Assembly (NCBI GenBank): GCA_004764695.1
Contig: SMSO01000037.1
Location: forward strand, 3,448,747 to 3,512,746
Length of the DNA stretch: 64,000 nucleotides
Reading direction: 5' to 3'
From: Schizochytrium sp. TIO01
Taxonomy: Eukaryota > Protista > Bigyra: Labyrinthulomycetes
Below are positions 57,227 through 64,000 of this stretch, in pieces; positions within the stretch are counted from its first letter, which is position 1; the number at the start of each line of letters is the position of its first letter. The notes beneath the pieces were generated by a model, which worked only from the letters and a program-made list of their open reading frames with translations, was not told the DNA's origin and did not search any database. The position numbers and the translations under genes are program-made.

Positions 57227-60200
57227 ATGGACACCCTCCGGAGAGGGTCCCTCCTGTGGCTTCCAGGGAAACAGGGGAGGTATGACCTTGGCGAAGTCTC
57301 GCAGCGCGAGGGCACAATGCTTAGCGTAAATGTTGCTTCCTCAGAACAGTCATTTACGCTGGACCTGAATAAGCTCGATGTGGAGGTTCTCAAAGCCAAC
57401 AAGGATGTCGTGGAAGACATGACGGCCTTACGGCACCTGAACCTACCTGCTATTCTATACAATATCCGCGAGCGGGCTTTGCATGACGAACCATACACGT
57501 TTCTGGGGAATTCGGTGTTGGTTGCTGTCAACCCGCTCAAGTTTATTCCTGACCCGGTCGGAGCACTGGGCTCATCGGATGCGCTCAAGTGCCCACACCC
57601 GTATGCCATTGCCGAAGTAGCTTTTCAGCAAATGAAGTTTGGTGCCGGCCGAAGGGAAGATCGCCGTGACACACCTGTCAATCAGAGTATCCTCGTCAGC
57701 GGAGAGTCTGGAGCAGGCAAAACAGAGTCATCTAAAATGGTGCTGCGCCACCTTGTACATCGCTGTGTCAGCGACTATGATGAAGGACCAACATCTCATA
57801 TGGACCGGAGGCTCTTGGACAGCAATCCGATCTTGGAGGCATTTGGCAATGCTGCTACGAAACGAAATCATAATTCTTCTCGATTTGGTAAATTTTTAAA
57901 GCTTCACTTTGCCAAAACAATGACGAATAAAAAGACCAAACTCAAAATTTGCGGAGCCAGCATTGAAACATATTTGTTAGAGCGCTCTCGTGTGACCTTG
58001 CATGGGGAAGGTGAACGAACATACCACGTCTTCTACATGTTTTTAGCAGGCGCCACGAATGAGCATCGTGAAGCTTTTGAGCTGGACCAGCAATTTATCC
58101 TGACAAAACCTCGAAAGAGGCCTGCTGATCTCCCTCTACCCCGAAAGACCACGAAAAGTCTTCGTGTAAGCCTAGACCGCCTTGAATCCAATGATAAACG
58201 TAGCTTTAGGGAACTCTGCGCGAGTTTGTCGACGTTTGATATTCCAGAGAAAAGTGATGAGGATGGTCTAATTTCACAGTGGGATATTTTTAGCATACTA
58301 GCTGCGATGCTTCACTTGGGTAATCTCAGGTTTGTAAATGACGAAGATACCAGTGAGGGGTATGTAGCGCTTATTGAGAATACGGATCCTTTGGAGAAGG
58401 CAAGTGAACTGCTTGGAGTCGAGGAGGGTTATTTGCGTAGTGTGATTACCGAACGAAAAGTCATCACAAGCCGGGAAGAGATCATTACGAGGCGTGATGC
58501 ACATAGCGCTAAGGATGCTACGGATGCACTTATCAAATCATTGTATGTGCAACTCTTTGAGTGGATTGCTAAGCACTTGTCTGAAAAGTTGAGTGGCGAA
58601 ATGGCGTCCAAGGACGAGACCTTTTTTATTGGCGTTCTAGATATTTTTGGATTTGAAGTCTTTTCTGTTAACGACTTCGAGCAGCTTCTGATTAACTTTA
58701 CCAATGAGGCCTTACAGAGCTCGTTTAAAAAGCAGGTCCTTGAGGCTGAATTAGAGCTGTACGCGTCTGAGGGCTTGCAGCTTCCGGACGATATTGACCT
58801 TTATTTAAGTGACGATAGCCCTTGCATGGATTTGCTTCGTGGTGCAAATAAACGTGACCCTGGCATTCTCGGCACGATCGATAACGAGGGGCGCCAACCT
58901 CAGCCACTGGATGAAAAAATGTGCGCCCACCTCCATCGCGAGTTTAAAGGTCACCCCAAGTTTCCTGCCCCGCACCCTCTGGACCAGCGCACAACCTTCA
59001 AGATCTTGCATTTTGCTGGAGAGGTCAAATACACTGTCGGGAGCTTTTTGGAGAAAAACTCAGACCGAATGCCAGCTGAGATGAACGATCTATTTAAGAG
59101 CAGCTCTCATTCGTTGGTAAACGAGCTATTCTGTGATGGATCTGATGACCAGAGTCGTAACTCGACAGATCGTGCTGCTGTGCGTGCTGGGCAAAATGTA
59201 CGGAAACTGACCACCACCATCATCTCCAGGTTTCGTGAACAAATGGATATGTTACTTGCCACACTGAGCGGAACGCGCTGTTCCTACATTCGCTGTATCA
59301 AGCCCAATCCCTTGATGATTCGTGAGACAGAAGGTGATGAAGAGGAAAGCGAGGAAGAAAAGGCAAAACGATGGAGTAAGCGCGACCTTTTAGCCAAAGA
59401 GCGGGCTGAACGTGAAGGTGATTCGGGAGACTGGACTGAAGACTCGTGGTTCGATGGGCCCTTTGTGGCTGTACAGCTTGAGAATTTAGGTATTCTTGAA
59501 ACGACGAAGGTGCTACAGATGGGATTTCCCACTCGAGTCCCATTTGATGTTTTTGTTAGTAGCTACAAGGGCTTAATGCCACCTGAGGTACTCGATGTTT
59601 GGCGCACAATCGGCGGCGGTCATGATCGTGCGTTCATTAAAGCACTCTTTTTTGCTTTTCATATTGAACCAACAACTTATAAGCTAGGCTTGACCAAGGT
59701 ATTTTTCCGCTCTGGCATGCTGGACCAATTAGGGCAGGTTTTAGATGCCGCTGTAGAGGATGTCCTCGATGAGGAGATTGTTCACCGTTTCCGTCACTCA
59801 TTTGCACGTCAGTTGTGGCGTAACCTTCTTGCCAAGATTAGTGCTGCCAAAGAGTTTGAGCATTTGTTGATGTTTTGTCGCAAACGCAACAGCGCATCTA
59901 CCATAATCCAGCGACTGGCACGTCGTAAGCGAGCAGAACTGGAGGCCAAAGCAGAACTTGCTCGCCAACGGGAACTTAAACAAAAACGTGAGCAAGAGGA
60001 AAAGAAAGAGCAAGCCCGGTTGGCAGCCAAGCGCGAAGCAGAAGCTAAAAAGGCTGCTGCAGAAGCTGAGGCCAAGAAGCTCCGAGAAGCTGCGGAATTG
60101 AAAGCACGTGCCGAGCTTGAGAGTGAAATGCGCCGTGTCGCCGAAGAGGCAGCCCAGAAAGCAGCTGCAGAGCAAGCTCAGGCACGGGAATATCGTCTCC

Positions 60201-62398
60201 AGGCTGAGAAAGAAGAACGCGAGGCACGGAAACGTGAAAAGGCTGAAACTAAACGAACTATCGCAGAACTTGGCGGTGAAGAGGCTTTTCGTAAGCAAAT
60301 CGAACATGAGAAATCCGTGAGCTTTTCAGGTGCGGTTAAGGTCCAGGAATTTCCAAAGTACTTTTCGGATGAGCATGCAATGCCTGTGGATCTACGTGCT
60401 GCAAGAAAGCGAGCTTTTGAAAAGCCCATTGTTGGAGACGACCTTGACGATATTGCTCCAACAGTTCGTGTTGTGCTCAGCCCTGAATCAGCTGCACCAC
60501 TCCCTTCTGTGGAAGAGGAATTAGTCCATCGCAAGCCAAGAGACTCGCTAGCACGGCCTAATAAACCGAAAAGAGCATCGATTTCTCAAACAATTAAAAG
60601 AGTATCATCACGTCTTCGTCGCCGTTCGTATGCGCCAACTATGGCTGATGCCAAAACGGATGAAGAAGCAGCTCGTGCCAAGTTTGCTTTGTTGCGACAG
60701 GGTATTCCCGAAACCGCGTTGACAAAATCTGGCGCTGCACTGGATCTGAAGCGCCTTGCATGCCCGGCAGTCGAATATTGCGTAGATAAGGGTCCAGCAC
60801 GTGGGGAGCGTAGTTTCATGTCTTCTTCACGCGGAGCGAGGAGCCTGTTCTGCCTTGTGAATCGGAAGAAACATGATGATGATGATGAACCTGACACTGC
60901 GCAGGAAGACGTCCCAGGTCATGTAATTCTTACCAGTTCGGGTCCAAGGTATAGTTTTGCACCATGCTTTGTCTCTGTAGAAGGCTTCGAGCTGGCGTAC
61001 TTTGAGAGCGCTAAGGACGATCACAATGAAATGGTAGGAGTGACAGAGATCGGTCGTGTTCATGTAGGTAACATAGCTGACATTATTCGCTTCAATAGTG
61101 GCTCGACAGAGCGCAAGCTCGACGGTGTCGCAAATATAAGCCGTGCATTGCGCCTCCGAGTGCGAGATGTGTTAGGTTACAAGCTAGTGTTGCTGTTCCC
61201 AGACGAGAATATGTGTACGAGGGTAGCAAATCATCTGGAGCGAGCGACAAACCTTTGGAAGGCTGAGGCAGCTGCTTTGAAGCAAATGGGCCGCGGTGAA
61301 CTTCGCGAATCTGTAAAGGTAGATGAGGCGAAAGAACTGTTTGACAGTGGTAGAATCTCCAGCAAAGCATACAAAGAGGCTATGTTGCACCAGCTGAGCT
61401 CAGAAACTGAGTATGCTCAAATGCAAGTGGCTATGTTTGGTGAAGATGGATATGATAAGCGTGTACAATGCCCGAGCTGTGGTGCAGTGAACTTTTTGGT
61501 CGAGGCTGGAGAGGATGGTGAGTATAAGTGTCATGTGTGTAAGGATGTCCTAGAGCTCCCAGGTGCTGGTGATGCTCACCATCGTAAAAGCCGGATAAAC
61601 TCCACTGTTTTTGATAAACTTGATGCCGAGGAGCTGTCTTCGATTCCTCCTCCACCAAGCTTTCCTATCACCGTGCAATTGGCGGATAAGTCAAGCCTCA
61701 CTGTTTTTGAGGTGGATTTGTTACCGCATCCCAGAAGATATGAAAAGACGCAGTCTAGAATGTACTTTTATACTTTTCGCTGTCAGTATGTAGAGCCAAT
61801 TCAAGACAAGAATAAGGATAATGTCCACCACTGGTTCGTGGATCAGCCTTTCGAGGCCTTTGAAAACCTTCATAATGGTTTGCTTGGCTACGCGAAGGAG
61901 TGGGGCAAGGAGCTTGAACTCCCCGATTTTACTGATGTAGAGCCGCAAAAGACAGAACGTGATACTGCTGAGTTACGTCTTAACTGCCTCAATGACTATA
62001 TGGAAGAATTTCTTGAGGCTGCCAAAACCCAGGACTTTATCTTTCAGGCTCCACCTGTGCGAATCTTTTTCAACCTTCGCGCATTGAAGATTGCACCTCT
62101 TGCTCCTGAAGAACTTGAGGATTTGCGGCCCGCGATGGAAGCTCTTGATGCTTTTCAGCGCGAACGCAAAAAGTGGTCTCAGGAAATTTATGAGCTTTTT
62201 ATCAACATTGTGGATATTGAACCTCGTCTGGAGGCAACCGCTGATGCCGACACTGTCTTCAACAGTATTGAGCACTCAATTGCGCGCTTGACATATGAAC
62301 AAAAAAGTGAAGTGTTTCGGACAGGTCAGCGTTATATGTCTATTCTTGACTCTGTGAATGCGCATATTGAGCGTCTCCTTGCTGCGCTCCCTCCGTAA
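57227..62398 (+). CDS. Unconventional myosin heavy chain (~1720 aa): motor, IQ, SAH/coiled coil, PH-like segment, CxxC-CxxC zinc ribbon, PX-like domain
   Basis: P-loop GESGAGKT, switch I NSSRFGK, YLLERSRV, switch II DIFGFE, YIRCIKPN, LGLTKVFFR, IQRLAR; E/K/R/A-rich helix; CPSC...CHVC; FENLHNGL...LPDF...ELRLNCLNDYM...VRIFF. First ATG at 57227. Confidence 0.95.
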   Translation: MDTLRRGSLLWLPGKQGRYDLGEVSQREGTMLSVNVASSEQSFTLDLNKLDVEVLKANKDVVEDMTALRHLNLPAILYNIRERALHDEPYTFLGNSVLVAVNPLKFIPDPVGALGSSDALKCPHPYAIAEVAFQQMKFGAGRREDRRDTPVNQSILVSGESGAGKTESSKMVLRHLVHRCVSDYDEGPTSHMDRRLLDSNPILEAFGNAATKRNHNSSRFGKFLKLHFAKTMTNKKTKLKICGASIETYLLERSRVTLHGEGERTYHVFYMFLAGATNEHREAFELDQQFILTKPRKRPADLPLPRKTTKSLRVSLDRLESNDKRSFRELCASLSTFDIPEKSDEDGLISQWDIFSILAAMLHLGNLRFVNDEDTSEGYVALIENTDPLEKASELLGVEEGYLRSVITERKVITSREEIITRRDAHSAKDATDALIKSLYVQLFEWIAKHLSEKLSGEMASKDETFFIGVLDIFGFEVFSVNDFEQLLINFTNEALQSSFKKQVLEAELELYASEGLQLPDDIDLYLSDDSPCMDLLRGANKRDPGILGTIDNEGRQPQPLDEKMCAHLHREFKGHPKFPAPHPLDQRTTFKILHFAGEVKYTVGSFLEKNSDRMPAEMNDLFKSSSHSLVNELFCDGSDDQSRNSTDRAAVRAGQNVRKLTTTIISRFREQMDMLLATLSGTRCSYIRCIKPNPLMIRETEGDEEESEEEKAKRWSKRDLLAKERAEREGDSGDWTEDSWFDGPFVAVQLENLGILETTKVLQMGFPTRVPFDVFVSSYKGLMPPEVLDVWRTIGGGHDRAFIKALFFAFHIEPTTYKLGLTKVFFRSGMLDQLGQVLDAAVEDVLDEEIVHRFRHSFARQLWRNLLAKISAAKEFEHLLMFCRKRNSASTIIQRLARRKRAELEAKAELARQRELKQKREQEEKKEQARLAAKREAEAKKAAAEAEAKKLREAAELKARAELESEMRRVAEEAAQKAAAEQAQAREYRLQAEKEEREARKREKAETKRTIAELGGEEAFRKQIEHEKSVSFSGAVKVQEFPKYFSDEHAMPVDLRAARKRAFEKPIVGDDLDDIAPTVRVVLSPESAAPLPSVEEELVHRKPRDSLARPNKPKRASISQTIKRVSSRLRRRSYAPTMADAKTDEEAARAKFALLRQGIPETALTKSGAALDLKRLACPAVEYCVDKGPARGERSFMSSSRGARSLFCLVNRKKHDDDDEPDTAQEDVPGHVILTSSGPRYSFAPCFVSVEGFELAYFESAKDDHNEMVGVTEIGRVHVGNIADIIRFNSGSTERKLDGVANISRALRLRVRDVLGYKLVLLFPDENMCTRVANHLERATNLWKAEAAALKQMGRGELRESVKVDEAKELFDSGRISSKAYKEAMLHQLSSETEYAQMQVAMFGEDGYDKRVQCPSCGAVNFLVEAGEDGEYKCHVCKDVLELPGAGDAHHRKSRINSTVFDKLDAEELSSIPPPPSFPITVQLADKSSLTVFEVDLLPHPRRYEKTQSRMYFYTFRCQYVEPIQDKNKDNVHHWFVDQPFEAFENLHNGLLGYAKEWGKELELPDFTDVEPQKTERDTAELRLNCLNDYMEEFLEAAKTQDFIFQAPPVRIFFNLRALKIAPLAPEELEDLRPAMEALDAFQRERKKWSQEIYELFINIVDIEPRLEATADADTVFNSIEHSIARLTYEQKSEVFRTGQRYMSILDSVNAHIERLLAALPP

Positions 62399-63006
62399 AG
62401 CAGCTGTGTGCTAACCCTACCTTTCTTTTTTGATCAGGAATGATTAGCCTAATGAACATCGCAGATCGGAGTATTGAAAGAAGAGAGGCTGCGAGTCGCA
62501 CGAATTGTTCGTTTTCTTCCTGTTGTATCAAAAACTGTCATGGATCATACAAGACTCTGCTAACTGATCCTTAAGCTATTTGTTGATACTCAATCATTTG
62601 ACTCTACTAACTCTCTCATCTCTCTTATGTTGTTTGTTTGTCTGAACCTTAATATTTTCTAAGAATAATTGTTGTTAATTTCTTCGTGATTAAAATTGAT
62701 ATCACCACACTAGTTGTGAATTTAATAGTTCCAGAGGGATTCTTTTAAATGAGTTGAGCTGCAAATTGAGAGTGCCATAATAATAACGATTCATGAGAAT
62801 TTATTCTCAGATAGAGATTCCAAGCTGACATGATGTCTTGAGTCCTCCGCATGTTTGTGTAAATGAACACTGTGCAGATACTGCGCTGCTTTGATAACAA
62901 ACTTGCATACAACTTCGGCTCGGTCGCTTGGTCAGCTAATATTCTGATTTGGAAAAGGTATAGCAAAGACTCCTGCCATATGTTCTTTCTTTCTAGCTCG
63001 TGCAGC

Positions 63007-63993
63007 CTAGTCAAGGTCATCTTCAGCCAACATATCATCCATAGTCTCGGTATGATGCACGCTCTGTTGATTATTGCCGGACTCACTATCATCATCATCA
63101 TCATCATCATCATCATCGTCATCGTCGTCGTCATTGCCACCGAAATCAAGTCCACTCACGCTGATGAAACCTTCTAAAGGGTTCGGGTTCGCTTGACCAG
63201 GAGTAAGGCTTTCAAGGATTTCATTAATGGGTCTCGAGGGGCTTGTTCTCGAAAGAACAACAGTGTTTGGAGACTCACAGTGAGTACATATATGCCCTAG
63301 AAAGTGAAAAGGTACATCAGACTTCTTTCGACAGTCATCACAATGAATATTTGCAGTAACGTTTTGGAATTCAGGGGGCATCGGCTGCTGCGCTACTGCG
63401 TTGCGAATATAATTTGTTACTTCACGAAGACTCTCGTCATCAAGCATACTCACACGGCATGACGGGCACGTAAGGATGTCAGATCTCATTCTCTGTCTGT
63501 GGCATCCAGAGTGCAAAGCATGACCACACTTGAGCAGAACAACACTGGCAGTCGAGTCATAAAGTCTCTCATAGCAAACAACACACTCGCGGGATGAGTC
63601 GACGCACGTATGCTCTTCATAAACACTTGGTGGCAAACATAGCTTACATGCGTCACAATGAATGTAATCTTCACGTTTGCCAACTCGGCAAATTCCACAG
63701 CCTTCGCAATGGAAAATTGCTTTCGGGCCACCATCAATCCAAAGTCGGCAGGTCGTGCAACAATATGATGTACTTTCCCATGAGCATTCAGGGTTTTTAC
63801 ATTTATCCGCGATCTCTTGCGACAGCTTGCACTCTCGGCATACCATGATCTCAGTTGCAAAACGATCAATCTTGTGGTCTGCCACTTCATCATGGCATAA
63901 GCGGCATGGAAAGACTTTGCCGCAGCACTTGCTAACAATTGAGCAATGACGTTTGTAATGTGTACACTCTCCGAGACCTAAAGGGGTGCCCAT
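63007..63993 (-). CDS. RCHY1: CHY zinc finger / RING-H2 E3 ubiquitin ligase, Pirh2/RCHY1 family, with poly-Asp tail
   Basis: CTHYKRHC..CCGKVFPCRLCHDE (CHY), FHCEGCGICRVG (CTCHY), CVVC..LKCGHALHSGC..CPSC (RING), IHCDDC..FHFLGHICTHCES (zinc ribbon). Confidence 0.95.
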   Translation of the reverse strand: MGTPLGLGECTHYKRHCSIVSKCCGKVFPCRLCHDEVADHKIDRFATEIMVCRECKLSQEIADKCKNPECSWESTSYCCTTCRLWIDGGPKAIFHCEGCGICRVGKREDYIHCDACKLCLPPSVYEEHTCVDSSRECVVCYERLYDSTASVVLLKCGHALHSGCHRQRMRSDILTCPSCRVSMLDDESLREVTNYIRNAVAQQPMPPEFQNVTANIHCDDCRKKSDVPFHFLGHICTHCESPNTVVLSRTSPSRPINEILESLTPGQANPNPLEGFISVSGLDFGGNDDDDDDDDDDDDDDDSESGNNQQSVHHTETMDDMLAEDDLD

Positions 63994-64000
63994 CTTAAGC

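Noticed and set aside
1-64000. tRNA/rRNA genes, intact transposons or viral genes, operon-like functional cluster
   Set aside because: No cloverleaf, rRNA, transposase, reverse transcriptase, integrase or capsid motifs were seen by eye; neighbouring genes have unrelated functions, so no gene-cluster system is supported

Overview
This is eukaryotic nuclear DNA with long, apparently single-exon genes separated by AT-rich, microsatellite-rich spacers. The intron-poor genes, a flagellar outer-dynein-arm docking gene and the tetranucleotide-rich spacers suggest a flagellated protist, most plausibly a thraustochytrid/labyrinthulomycete stramenopile (inference only). About 14 protein genes are supportable: a hypothetical protein, a clan-86-like cytochrome P450 (split by one extra base), a GT92-like glycosyltransferase, a coiled-coil protein, a bacterial-type TrmB tRNA m7G46 methyltransferase, two unknown membrane proteins, a giant (~4600 aa) Sec39/NBAS homologue, an MFSD8-like MFS transporter, Spc25, a Kelch-repeat protein (split into two frames), an ODA-DC1/CCDC151-like protein, an unusual myosin and a Pirh2/RCHY1-type CHY-RING ligase. 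The most striking feature is the ~2250-aa acidic tail of the NBAS homologue. It carries more than 25 tryptophan-acidic motifs, 13 of them in a 135/147-bp coding minisatellite, and resembles a greatly amplified COPI-binding 'lasso'. No rRNA, tRNA, CRISPR array or intact mobile element was recognised. All family calls come from motif recognition by eye; no searches were run.
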